In this document: positions 13,107-26,554 of the stretch, piece after piece
Layout of the letters: each line of letters starts with the position of its first letter
Position numbering within the stretch: the stretch's first letter is position 1
Origin: Octopus sinensis
Taxonomy: Eukaryota
Direction: 5' to 3'
Length of the DNA: 64,000 nt
NCBI RefSeq assembly: GCF_006345805.1
Contig: NC_043000.1
Coordinates: 142,104,001-142,168,000 of the forward strand
Program-made: the position numbers and the translations under genes
The notes under the pieces: generated by a model
The model's database searches: none
Told to the model about the DNA's origin: nothing
Seen by the model: only the letters and a program-made list of their open reading frames with translations

Positions 13107-13430
13107 CAATTGCAGCGTGGAAGGTGTTTATAAGCCATTTAAGAAACACACAAAAGCCGTTCGATTCACTTCAACATTTAAGTTTAATTTGTCAAAATAT
13201 TTTCGTCGCTAAAATCCGCGACCTGATGTAGTATGGATTTTTGTCAGTGAACAGGTCGCGGATTTTAGCGACGAAAATATTTTGACAAATTAAACTTAAA
13301 TGTTGAAGTGAATCGAACGGCTTTTGTGTGTTTCTTAAATGGCTTATAAACACCTTCCACGCAGCAATTGTTTTCGTTTCAGCACACGATCTCAGATCAA
13401 ATCACTTGCTATGCGAGTACATCTCCGTAA
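13107..13430 (+). mobile_element. Non-coding PLE-type element with 119-bp fold-back 5' end
   Basis: 13107-13225 is the reverse complement of 13252-13370 (one mismatch seen), with a 26-nt spacer; flanked by (TA)n on both sides. Confidence 0.85.
13240..13289 (+). ncRNA. Minimal hammerhead ribozyme with G3:C8 core variant
   Basis: tttgtca-GTGAACA-g-GTCGC(ggatttta)GCGAC-GAAA-ATAT-T-T-tgacaaa: 7-bp stem I, 5-bp stem II, 6-nt palindrome AATATT as stem III. Confidence 0.75.
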
Positions 13431-13451
13431 TATGTATATATATATATATAT

Positions 13452-13795
13452 ATATCATGGCTGTCCCCTCATTATCGAGTATGGCCATTGCACGAAGCTT
13501 GACTGTTACTGGTGCTGTGATCGAATGTGACTTTTTAGCTCAGCTAAACATCTACAATGTCTTGTACAAAATTGGCAACTAAAACATTTACTGGTAATAG
13601 CCGGCTGTAGTTGTAACTGGGCTTCATGTACCTTTGCATGTCGTTTAAGTCCTCCTGCCGAATTACACTCTCTTTTACATGCCCAACATATACGATTATT
13701 ATGGTGTGTTACACCACCTCCAGTGGCCAGGTTGTCACTCATCTGTCTCGTTTTATGACTACGAAGATGACTTTTGAGTCCAGCTTTACTGAGGC
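13452..13795 (-). mobile_element. RTE-type LINE 3' end encoding repeated C2H2-like zinc-finger motifs
   Basis: KAGLKSHLRSH...CWACKRECNSAGGLKRHAKVH...CQFCTRHCRCLAELKSHIRSQH. The 3' UTR (ccatactcgataatgagggg) is shared with a fragment at 43780-43830. Confidence 0.65.
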
Positions 13796-13820
13796 ATATA
13801 TATATACATATATACAAACG

Positions 13821-13971
<151 letters not shown>

Positions 13972-16648
13972 ATATAATTAATAAAAACTGATTTTTCCAA
14001 AGTTATACCATAAAGGAAACTTATAGCCGGCAACTAAACTTGATTAAGTGTGTGAATAACAAAAACATTGCTATAGATAGGAGCTAACAGCTGTTTTTAT
14101 TGATCTTCTGAATAAACACTAGCGATCTGCTAAATCATCCGTATATTTTTATGGTGAATATATATATATACTCTAATAGGTGAGCTAGCCCGGAATCAAA
14201 CGAACGAGCTGGCCTTACTGAAGAAGGCAACACAATTTGTCGAACATGGTCGGTCAGTCTAAGGAGTATATAATAAAAAAAACAGAAGGTTGTTTCTATA
14301 AGTGATCTTTTTGTAGCAATAATAATTAATTTAAATATGGTTTAACCTTTTTGTTACCATATTATTTTGAGATGCCCTGTGTTTCTTTCAATCAATTTTA
14401 AATATAACAAAAAATTTAGTAAAATAATTGAGTTATCATTAAGCTAGTGTTAGGAACATAAATTGTGACTAAGGTTTGGTGGCAGATTTTAATTCAAAAC
14501 ATATGAAAACAAGACATTTGTACTATAGAGCCAGATGCGTTTTCAGCCGGGTTGGTATCAAAAGGGTTAAGAAACACCTGGCAAATAATATGACGCAGTA
14601 CATTTTATAATGAAAGTAAAGTGATATACATGATTAACTATATAAAAGAAGCAGTATTTGTCCATCAAATACGAGGGTATATTTTATCAAGTGATTATTG
14701 CAACTATCAGCAGTACATTCAAGGGCTGTCGTGTTTCAGAAATTCAAAGCAGCTATTTACGAAGCTCTTGTTTAAGATTTTATAACGAAAAAGTAAAAAG
14801 ATTATGCATATTCTAGCAGAGTAGATCTGTAACAAATTAGAAATATTTATGAGGTTGTAACATGATAAATATATTTATAATCTTCATTTTGCTAACTTTT
14901 TTTTTCAGTGACATAGGCAAGTGCAAGTGAAGGGTAAACAGATGGATGAACGATTAGATTCTTATTCAAAATTATTTAAATACACTTAGGCTTGTAATGA
15001 TTTGTAAAATGAAAAACAGAAAAAGATTGTAAATCTGCGTTTAAAGAAAACATATATAATCTATAAATCTATATCAACTATTGAATATTTATGAATTTTA
15101 ATGAAACCTTCCGATAAAATTTGGTTTTTTATTCTAATTTTAAAGAAGACCGAATAGTCAAAGCCATTTATCATTTAGTGTTCATCTTAGTATGTTCGTA
15201 TGATACTGTCTTCTAAGCGCCATAATAGTTTATAAGGATCATCTATGTAGTTGTGAAGGACAGTAATGAAAACTTTCTCTTGTTTCGAATATAGGCATGA
15301 CTTAATAAGCTTGTTGCAAAGAATATTTATAACTCTAAACGCACCCAGAAGCGTGTGCACGAATACATCTACTGTATAAGCACACACACACACACACACA
15401 CGCATACAACGCGCACACACAATCAAATATGAAAACGCACACAAATGGACGCTTTTTACATCTTAGATGAGAATGAATTATATGCCATATGTCGAATATA
15501 ATGAATATCATTATTCAAACCGATGAAATGTGTAATATGCACCTTATATTGGCATAACTTCTAAAATATCTATAATGAGTAAGCTTGCTTTTAATACTTG
15601 ACAGCCGAAAGTAAATTAGTGATTGAACTGAAATGAAAGCATCTAACACCGCCCAATTGGAAACCGTCCTTAAACACTTCCATAAAGAAAATTTTATACA
15701 TTTTCTGAATAGAAATTTCACCATCGTTACATAGTTTTTAGTTTTTATTATTTTTTTGTTACTTTTTTAACAGATTACTTCATTTGAAGCGGTGTGAATA
15801 AATATCAAAGTTTATGAATAAAAAGCTCATAAATGCATATTTCATAATTAGTTTTGTCTCTTCTATACATTTATGCACAGTTCATCAAAAATACAAGCTT
15901 AAATAATTTTCACTATTAAATTGTGCTAGCCTTGTACCAACATTTTAAACCAATAGATATTACATGGTCAATCGTCACTATAATGACAGCATCAGTTCAC
16001 ATGCTTTGCTAGTCATTGCCTTTTACCTTTATTTTTCAAAGCTTGTGTTCCAGTTAGTATTTCGTCTTCCTGGTCTCGATAAGATAATTACTTCTCATTC
16101 ACTTTTGTAGAAATATTTGACTGTTTAATTTTGACAAATTGTGTTTCTTTCCCTACGTAATAAATCACAATATACGAAGCCATTTAGAATAAATTAACCG
16201 AAAGGAAATTAAGACCGTCTCAGGTAAATAATCTTATTCAATTACATAATGGCGATCGGTGATTGCACCAGGAGATGTGACTATTCTTACGTCACTATAT
16301 ACTGCGAGATAAAACTCATTGTGACCTTGTTTGTTTTAGAAAACTACGTATTACGTAATGATCTAATTCCGTCTATACTCCGAAATATCCAAGGAATCGT
16401 GCTAAATGTTGCAAGGGACATTAATTTATATACGATACGAAAGCAGATAAGAGTTTAAAAAGAGAAATTTTTTTATTACTAGTTCTGGATATGATGGCAA
16501 ATCATTAAGAGTACACAACTTCTAACTTATTTTATATAACTACAAGACATATTTAAATCATAAACATGAACCCACTTTGCACCTGCAGATACATTCATGC
16601 ATACATACATACAAACACACACAGATATATATCTATATATATATATAT

Positions 16649-16702
<54 letters not shown>

Positions 16703-17129
16703 ATATATATATATATCGATACGTTTCGGAAGCTTTAATTATTTTTATGCAGAATAACTCATCCGAATTCACCATCATATGTGAACTACCAAATATTATA
16801 TATCGCAATGTCTAGTATTCCAAACGTACGGTTACTGTATGTCACACATTTTACCATAATTTGCATAATTGTAAGTCTGCAGCAATATAGATACTACACA
16901 TCCAATAAATTCTGAAGAGATCAAATATTAAGTATTTGCACATATTGTTAGTACATTCATGGCTACATTATGCATAGAAGCATGAACAGTGTCACATGCA
17001 TAGGGATACACACACGGGGATATGTTCTCTGCTTGTCTATCTATCTATCTATTTCTCTCTCTCTACACACATACATATACGTATACACACATATATATAT
17101 ATATATATTATATATATATATATATATAT

Positions 17130-17176
<47 letters not shown>

Positions 17177-17239
17177 GGATATAGATATAAATGTAGATAT
17201 GGATATATATATTCATATATACGTAAATATATATTGTAT

Positions 17240-17270
<31 letters not shown>

Positions 17271-17819
17271 TATATATATATAACACGCATATATGTATGT
17301 ATATGTGGGTGATCAATGTGAATATCAACATATATATAATATATACTATGCACACACACTCACACAAACACACAGACACAGACACACACACGCAGAATCG
17401 ATACCTACCCACACATATAGACATCCTATATAAATATATCAGTTTGCGTACGTAATGAAGATAAAAAATATTAATATAGAAACACATGTCGAGATATATA
17501 TTTCCATAATTTTATATGAAGTACATATAATCTGTTTGAAAATATTCATACACACTCACACACACATATATATATATACAAACATAGATGAATTATTGTT
17601 TATGATAACGGCCATATATATATATACATATGTTTGTGTGTGTGTGTGGACATATATATATATGTATATACGTATGTATGTATACTCAAACCAATTGCAT
17701 TTATTTATTGTAATTCTTTCAAAGCACGAAGTGGATGCTTATTCTGATGTAAAATATAAAAGCATTGCAGCATTATCATAAATTGAGAGATGTTGAATGC
17801 ATTATTTATGAATAAGGAT

Positions 17820-17821
<2 letters not shown>

Positions 17822-17890
<69 letters not shown>

Positions 17891-17965
17891 TAATAATAAC
17901 CAGAAACACTATAACAACGACAACACCAACAACAGTAGTAATATTAATAATAATAATGATAATAA
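17822..17965. repeat. (AAT)n microsatellite
   Basis: Directly visible. Confidence 0.97.
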
Positions 17966-18373
17966 TAATAATATAATTACAATATTCTTAATAACAAGAA
18001 TAAGAAAAAAACGATGGCGATAATAACACTAATAATTGCTGTAAAAAAAAAAATCCGAAAAAGCAAGCGGCTTACAAATTCACACGAAGATCTGACTACT
18101 TAGGAAATTTGTCAAGCCTTCCATGTTGTATTGAAGAAGAATAAGATAAAAATGTAGATTCATTTTCAGTTGTTCTAGTGGAGAAATACTTAATCTGGGT
18201 CTCTCGCGCATCAACATGCATATATGCATAAATATATGAAGAATTGCTGACACGCAGAAACACCTATATAGAAATGTGCATGTTTCTATATGTCTGTCTG
18301 TCTCTCTATCTATCTATGTATCTATCCATCTATCTATCCATCTATCTATCTATCCATCTATCTATCTCATATA

Positions 18374-18428
<55 letters not shown>

Positions 18429-18638
18429 GCATGTATGTATGTTTGTATGTATAATGCTAGACCCATTCAATTCTTGAGTATATGGGGTTGCTTTTGCATA
18501 GTTTAGAAAATTAGTAATTTTTTGAGCTGAGATTTCTCGATCCTCAATCAGTCCTACTCCAAAATGTAGGTATTTGAAACAAGGAAGGAAGAAGGAAGAT
18601 ATATATATGTATATATATATATATATTATATATATATA

Positions 18639-18682
<44 letters not shown>

Positions 18683-20279
18683 TATATATATATATTATAT
18701 ATATATATATATATACATAGAAAGGGAGAGGAGAAGAGTCGATAAAAAGCAAAGGAAACGAAGAAAACAACTAATATTTATTTATTTAGAGAACCTGGGG
18801 ATTCGAAAGGCAAAATTATCGTTAGAGGCATATAAACATGCACTGTATGACACTCTCTCTAACGAACAATATCTATATACATCAACGTACGTGTTTGTGA
18901 CGAGCGTTAGAAGAAAAGTTGTACACATGTATGTGCATGTGTATATATGTGTAGGATATGTATATAATTATATATATATATATATTATATATTATATATA
19001 TATATATATACACTTATACACATATACATATATATGTTTGTGTATGTGTGTGTACACATATATACTTATATAGATATGCGCGCATACATATGCTCACACA
19101 CAAGCACGCGCCCTCACACTCACACGCTCACCACATACTCACACACACACATACACCACACACACATGATTACAGCTATATAGATGTTAACGCAAAGAAT
19201 TTACTTCATTCATGTTTATTCAGGACGCTGTTTCTACCATAATTACATATCCTAAAATTGCCTTGCAAAAACATTCAACTTGTTCACATTTTGTTATATG
19301 AATTGAAAATCTACTTCGAAATAGAATCAAGTATTCTGTTTATTTTTATACAGAAATATAAAATTATTTTCTTCAATATTCAATGTTTGTATTCTAGCTT
19401 TATTCTTAGGCAGACAAGCTGTGTGACATGAAATATAATATAACCAAAGGACAATGAAATTGCTGCGTTTTCATATCTGGTTCGAGACACACCATAACAA
19501 AATCCTTGTGTAGAAATAATGTTTTATACAAACCCCTTAGTTTAAACATAGGCTCCATTATTTGCTTGACATTTCTTTCCTTCTTATTTTTTAACTATCT
19601 TAGAGTGTTCGTCGCAAGACTGTCCTTTGCATTTTTCGAAATAATCCAGAGTGTATTTTATGTTTTTTTTTTTTTTTTTTTTACAGCTTGTGTTTTTTCG
19701 TTACTCTTATTCGGTCGGTTAAGATACTGGATACCATATATTTGCAACACTGATATCATAAATTTGCAATGCAATTATCTCTTATCTACATCATATAACT
19801 GTCTAGTTCATATAATTTTCGTTTCAGTTTAATATCTATTGAAAAATATATACATACAATTTCCTTGCAGTATGCATATCGTATTTTACTCTCCTCTAGC
19901 CATGTATCTAGGATTCTGTTACCTGGCATGTCATTTAGTTTTTGGTGACGGCAAAGTGTGACTTTTAAATGACTTGTTTTCAATTTCTAACCGACAATAC
20001 GACCACATTGTGACACATGAATTACGTTGCAAAAATGGCTGTTTGCCATTTTATCTATTTTTCATCTGTTGTTGTTTTGATTGAACCTGTAGACGCTGAG
20101 AAATTTGATGAATGACGTTTCAGCATTAATAATAATATATATTCTTATATTCCGTAGTTCAATATATGTTTATATTTTATATAAGACGCCGGGTGTTCTG
20201 AGAGGCTTTGGCGACTTTTCCATCAGCTTTAACAACCACGTAGAATGTCCCACTTTTACTCATATATATATATATATAT

Positions 20280-20366
<87 letters not shown>

Positions 20367-21842
20367 GTATATATATATATGTATATATATATATGTATAT
20401 ATATATTATATATATATTATATATATATATATATATTATATATATATATATATAATATATATATATATGTTTCTAATTTATACAGCATAAGTGTTTAAAT
20501 AATAGATGTGGAAATCAAATACTTGGTAAGAATGTTGCAAAAAATGAATTTGAATATAGAGTCTTTGATGAATCGGTTCAATGGTAATAGTAATGGTTTC
20601 AAATTTTGGCACAGGGTCAGCAATTTTGAGCTAGAGGATCAGTCGATTACACAGCCCCCAGTATTCAACTGGTACTTATGTTATCAAGTCAAAAGTTGAA
20701 CGGCAAAATTGAGCTCTGAAATTGGGAATCTGAACAAAATCTGAACACAATATAAGGGTGGACGAAATACCGGTAATCTGTTTCTCAAGCATTCTAAGGA
20801 TTTTGCAGGCTCGTCGCGTTACAATGCTAATAATTATGAAAATATATATTTTCTTTTCCATTTCGTTTCTTCGAATATTGATGTTCTCCATTTCATTAAG
20901 AGTATTGATTTAAAGTTCTAAAACAGAACAGTTTTATATATTATACAAACGCATGAACATTACATTGTTTATAGATGTTAGTTTTAACATAATTCCATAA
21001 GTCTGCTCTCTGTGGACATCTTTCAAGTTATACATTTAAGGCAAAACAGGAACTAGGCCCCATTTACTACAGAATTATGTTCATGGTTGTATGTTAACCG
21101 CAGCACAGTTAGCTAACAAATTTATTTAGTACTTTGTATTTAAAGTAACACTACCATTTTCTCTCTTAATTTCTCAATATCAAAAGTTAAGTAAAAGCTC
21201 TAAATTCGTCAAGACATTCAACCATTGATTTTTTTTTATATACATATATCATATTACTATCATCCAGCACTTGAACAATACGTCCATTGTTCATAATGTC
21301 TGAAAATTATAAATTTATCGACTGTCACAAAGTTGTCTCTTTCATGTCAGCGGACAAATTAGAAACTGTTGACAAGATTCGAGAATTTTCCTATTCTGAA
21401 TAATTGGCTGGTTTATCGACTCAGTTATTCTTTACCTCTGTCTCATAAGAAATGGTAATTTTCATTAAGGCGTCGGATGAATAATACAATATTTCATGAC
21501 CTTGTTGCTTCAGTTCAGGAAAACAAACGGGTGGTATCGCTTGAACATAGGGAAGAAAATATGAGGAATAATGGAACGTAAATAGTGATGAACACAGTTG
21601 ATGTAAATGGTATCATAGAACAAGACAAGGCAGTTATGTATCACAAATATCAGGTTCGATCATAATGAGTAAGCAATATAAACGAGAGTAGATAGTACTA
21701 GCCAAATGCATGCCAAAAAAGAAAATAATGTTGGTTTTCAAATAAAGAGTTGAAGATGGAAACGATAAGTGTAGAATATTAGACACAGCATCGCAGAAAC
21801 AAGTAAACATAAGAAGATAATCATAAAAAGAGGATATTAATG

Positions 21843-21896
<54 letters not shown>

Positions 21897-21918
21897 TATA
21901 TATATATAATATATATAT

Positions 21919-22188
21919 TATATTATATTGAGGGTACTACGTTTCGTAGTAGAGGGACCAATGCGGTCAAAACTACTAAAAATAAACAAAATTTTACTGA
22001 CGAACATGAAATGCATATTCTGCATTAAATGCGAAATCACATGTGATATGTAACTAATTCTTTTTTAAAATGATGTGTTTTGAAGTTTTGCATTCGGTAA
22101 AATTTTGTTTATTTTTAGTAGTTTTGACCGCATTGGTCCCTCTTAGCGTGTTGGTATCTACGAATAGTAGTACCCTCAATATAATATA
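21919..22188. repeat. Nested inverted repeat (fold-back element remnant) next to (TA)n
   Basis: Perfect 46-bp arms at 21952-21997 / 22097-22142, plus outer arms tatattgagggtactac / gtagtaccctcaatata. Confidence 0.85.
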
Positions 22189-22289
22189 AATGAATATTTT
22201 CAAAGAGGAAGAATTTACGGATTTTTTCTCTTACGAGGTTTTTCACGCTGACTACTGATAATTTCTTTTAAAGATTTTATCCTCAATTG

Positions 22290-22324
<35 letters not shown>

Positions 22325-22660
22325 AAGTGCGTAGGCAAAGCTTTTGAGTGAAGCGCAAGCTCTTGGATGATAGAATGTAAAATGGAACATTGAACGAGAT
22401 CGTACCTCAAGCACAGCAAGGAGAAGAACTAAGTAGAATAAGAGGGGAGAGTTATTCAAAATATTTGTAGTTACAGAGCGACTCGTTTCTAGAGGCTATT
22501 GGTATGAGAGTGTCTAAGGTTATCTATAGTTTATAGTGGTAATTAATAGTACGTATGTATCGAAATATGTTACCTTCTACTGAAACACACGCACACACAA
22601 ACATGCGTAATGCTCTCACACAAACCCATGAGCACACATATACAATAACATACGTAAATT

Positions 22661-22822
22661 GGCGCAGGAGTGGTTGTGTGGTAAGTAGCTTGCTAACCAA
22701 CCACATGGTTCCGGGTTCAGTCCCACTGCGTGGCATCTTGGGCAAGTGTCTTCTGCTATAGCCCCGGGCCGACCAATACCTTGTGAGTGGATTTGGTAGA
22801 CGGAAACTGAAAGAAGCCTGTC

Positions 22823-22884
<62 letters not shown>

Positions 22885-23105
22885 TTGTGTGTCTGTGTTT
22901 GTCTCCCTAGCATTGCTTGACAACCGATGCTGGTGTGTTTACGTCCCCGTAACTTAGCGGTTCGGCAAAAGAGACCGATAGAATAAGTACTGGGCTTACA
23001 AAAAGAATAAGTCCCGGGGTAGATTTCCTCGACTAAAGGCGGTGCTCCAGCATGGCCGCAGTCAAATGACTGAAACAAGTAAAAGAGTAAAGAGTAAAGA
23101 GTAAA
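22661..23105 (+). mobile_element. tRNA-derived SINE, family A (internal microsatellite, aaagagt tail)
   Basis: ggcgcaggagtggttgtgtggtaag (A box)...ccgggttcagtccc (B box); near-identical copy at 27509-27908. Confidence 0.85.
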
Positions 23106-23861
23106 TTGTGTGAGGATATTTTTAATTGACAGAACAGAGTGGAAATAGGTTTTGGCAGAAACATGTGATGGCATATGTAGAAGTCAGATTTATAGGTATT
23201 AGTGGCGTGTATTTGTATTGCTGTATGGATTAAAGTTCCGTGATTAAAGACGTGACATTTTCCACATGCATTTACGGGGTGGGGTGTTGTATCATTCTCT
23301 TAAGGAAATTCCTGGTTAGACTGCTATATATTTTACGTAAATCTAAAGTGTCGACCGATTTCTTTTCATATTTATAAACAAAAAAATACTCTAATATTTA
23401 AATTACGGATATCTACTTGCATGGCAAATGTGTTGATCTGAGGCCTTGCGTCGAAATGCAAACTATTGCTGCGTGAAAACTCATGTTAGCCATTCAGAAC
23501 TACACAAAAGCAGTTAACTTCAATTAAACATTTATTGTCACTATATTGCGAAAAACCTTTATGTGAAGTTAAAAGCCTTTGTGAATCTCTGAATGGCTAT
23601 CCGGTGTCTCCACTCTGTAACCGTTTTAGAAATAAATGTTTCCCTTATACACATTGGAACAACATATTCAGTGGGACAATAATAATTAATCGTTAGATAT
23701 CTATCACCGATTTCATCATTTGCCACAAATAAACAGTTATATTGATCTTACGTCTGCCAGAAGCCTATAATGTGTCTAATTGACAACATACATTTATTAC
23801 ACACATGTGAGTGAGAACACTTTGAGATATTTTTGGTATCTATCATATGTCAGATACTGCG

Positions 23862-23965
23862 AGCGCTGCTTCTGATTGGTCAATCCATGGTGATGACCCG
23901 AGGTCACGGTGACAGCGCTGCTTCTGATTGGTCAATCCATGGTGATGACTTGAGGTCACGGTGAC
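23862..23965. repeat. Two tandem 52-nt units, each with a CCAAT box (ctgattggtc)
   Basis: Units start at 23862 and 23914 and differ at 2 positions. Confidence 0.9.
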
Positions 23966-24061
23966 GGCACTACTTTTGTCATTCATAAGTTACAACTAGA
24001 CGTGAAGAATTTAGTTATTGGGTTAATAAAATATGGTCGTTTATTCGTGTGTAATAAATAA

Positions 24062-24205
24062 AATACCAAACTCATTCCCTATGGATACCGTATTTATTAC
24101 AACGAGTGGCTTGTAAACGTATCTAACGAGCGAAAGCGAGTTAGATACGTTTACAAGCCACTCGTTGTAATAAATACGGTATCCATAGGGAATGAGTTTG
24201 GTATT
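24062..24205. repeat. Perfect 66-bp-arm palindrome with 12-nt spacer gagcgaaagcga
   Basis: 24062-24127 is the exact reverse complement of 24140-24205. Confidence 0.92.
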
Positions 24206-24357
24206 CTCTATATACAAAATAATTCTGAATGAGATAACTGAGATTACACTGTGAAAACTATGCTTTATATGTGTGTGTGTGTGTGCATGTATTGATGGTA
24301 ACAAAGTCTTCTTGTTATGAATGTGATTATATCATCCAGGTGATGCAAGAGACTATA

Positions 24358-24580
24358 TTGGCAGAAACGTTAGCACGCCGGGCGAAATGCTTAGCGGTAT
24401 TTCGTCTGCCGTTACGTTCTGAGTTCAAATTCTGCCGAGGTCGACTTTGCCTTTCATCCTTTCGGGGTCGATTAAATAAGTACCAGTTACGTACTGGGGT
24501 CGATATAATCGACTTAATCCGTTTGTATGTCCTTGTTTGTCCCCTCTGTGTTTAGCCCCTTGTGGGTAGTAAAGAAATAT
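24358..24580 (+). mobile_element. tRNA-derived SINE, family C
   Basis: ggcagaaacgttagcacg...ctgagttcaaattc...ggggtcgattaaataagtacc; related copies at 10800-10935(+), 20590-20745(-), 46960-47135(-), 47375-47575(-), 54030-54200(+) and 54418-54625(+). Confidence 0.85.
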
Positions 24581-25160
24581 ATATTGTCCTAAACTCACTC
24601 TGTTTCCGACGTCTAATCACTGTGACCGAGAACATTTGACATGCAGTGTCTAAGTTCCTTGTGGAGAGCGTTTCCATGAAGAATAAGGATGCGTACAAAG
24701 TAGATGTGAGTGTGTATTGTAGGTCATAAGAGCAGCTGGACCTCATGTACAGAAAGAAATGCGTACTAGATGTATTCAAAGCGTGAAGTTTCCTTGACCT
24801 TTCAAACTTGGAAATAAGAATATTATTTCAGAATTGGCAGAATCATAAGGTATCCTTTGAAGAAAATGCAACACTGACTCTATTTCATTGGATCTATCTG
24901 GAATTATCGAATATCGGAATATAGCTCTAAAGCCGTCTGATGGAAGGTACTTTGAACTTTCTGATCTGTGTCTGTTTGACGTAACTGTTGATATTTTAAC
25001 ACTTGTTGAGTTTATCTATAAAACTTGGATGTTGACGAAATTGCTGGTGATTCATGTAACATTGTTGATTGTCTGCCATATAGAGTGAAAATCAAAGTTG
25101 AGGTTGATCTTCAGCACTGCTGCTTTCGAAATTTTGATTATTAAGAATTGTATGTTAAGA

Positions 25161-25605
25161 CGTAAAGTATACTAACCATCTCAATATGGCTAACCACTAG
25201 GGGTGGGTGTTACTGTAGCTTTTTAGCCCCAGGAGATCATCGTCTCCAGCTGGCTTTAGACACAATTTCTGTGCCTTTATGATATTTGCAAAGGGAGGTC
25301 AGCCCTCTCGTAAACCTAAGTGATACGCATGGACTGCAGTTTCGAGATTATTGTCTCTTGTCAACACACGGTAATCACGGGTTTTTGATAAGAGAGACCT
25401 GTTTGCGAATATCTATTTAATGTTTTCCCAGTAACCACTGTCACTGATTTCCAAAAGCGGTCTGAAAGCAATAATAAATCTCTGAGCGAGATGTAAACAG
25501 TAGGCGTTCGACAACGTAAAGTGTACTATCCATCTCAATATGGCTAGTACACTTTACGTTGTCGAACGCCTACTGTTTACATCTCGCTCAGAGATTTATT
25601 ATTGC
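25161..25605 (-). mobile_element. Retrozyme-like non-autonomous PLE: 354-nt unit + partial tandem + 61-bp inverted 5' end, 12-bp TSD
   Basis: TGTATGTTAAGA at 25149-25160 and 25606-25617; the unit start cgtaaag recurs at 25161 and 25515; 25468-25528 is the reverse complement of 25545-25605; no ORF. Confidence 0.85.
25326..25370 (-). ncRNA. Minimal hammerhead ribozyme with U3:A8 core variant
   Basis: Minus strand cgtgtg-TTGACAA-GAGA(caataa)TCTC-GAAA-CTGCAG-TC-catgcg: 6-bp stem I (2 G:U), 4-bp stem II, 8-nt palindrome ACTGCAGT, GUC cleavage triplet. Confidence 0.78.
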
Positions 25606-25949
25606 TGTATGTTAAGAGAATCCCTGAAAAACTTTTTACTCATTACCGAGGGTAACATATCATTAGGGCACGATAAAGAAAAGAGAAGAATTGTCAGTCT
25701 GTGTATTACATGACTACATAATTTATTTTCATATCCACGTTTTTCTGTGTGAGATATGGTGGTCGTAATAGAGACCATGGTATATGTGTGATAGTCACTA
25801 CTGGATTTTCAGTCATACTCTTAGTTTGTAATGCGCATATGCTTCTGAGTCACTTGGAATAGGTAACTGTTGATGGGCTCCTCGAGTCAGATATACTTTA
25901 AATTTTTACGAGATACATGGGAACTTCAACAAATCCCATTTCCCTAAAA

Positions 25950-26341
25950 TCTTTATATATAAAAGTAAGGTTGTGTGTCTGTCTACTCCGATTTAGATTC
26001 CTAACTACTCCCACATTTTGCGGTGCAGTTTAACCAAAACCGGGTATCTTATAGTCGTGATTCATATCGAGCCCTTCTGGGTATTAGCGCGCGTCTACGA
26101 TGAATCTACGATTTTAAAAATAATTTACCATCATTGTTTTCTATTTTAATGCATATCTTTTAAATATAAGGGAAGTAACTCTCTAAAAATGTCTACGATG
26201 AGTCAACGATTTTAAAAAAAATTACCATCATATTTTTTCCATTTTTAATGCATTTTTGGCTATTTTTTGGCTATAACTCTCTAAAAATGCTTTATAGTTA
26301 TTTCCCTTACAAATCCGAGCAACGCCGGGCGATACTGCTAG
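25950..26341 (+). mobile_element. Non-autonomous Helitron
   Basis: 5' TC after A, 3' imperfect hairpin ccgagcaacgccggg followed by CTAG then T (A|T target, no TSD); internal duplicated block ctacgatga..ttttaaaaa..attaccatca. Confidence 0.75.
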
Positions 26342-26554
26342 TAATTAATATTATATCTAGTGAAAAGGAACCGGTTTAAATTTCTTACTTATAAAATGGG
26401 AAGAAATTATGGATGAGGATTCAAATTATGCGATGTAAGCACAGAAACATGCTTATGCATATCCGTTTCCTTTATGCGAAGAGTTTACTGCCATCCATGA
26501 TTCCTTGTTGATAAAATTCATTTACGGACATTGTTCTTGGTTCATTTATCGCAG

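Noticed and set aside
14209-14257. ctggcc-tta-CTGAAGA-a-GGC...GTC-GAA-CATGGTC-ggtcag hammerhead-like remnant
   Set aside because: GAAA is incomplete and 3 nt are inserted before the core; probably a decayed relic and too weak to list as a feature.
16705-16770. Minus-strand cGGATGA...ccGAAACGTA in a (TA)n-adjacent fragment
   Set aside because: U4 is substituted and no convincing stem II can be drawn.
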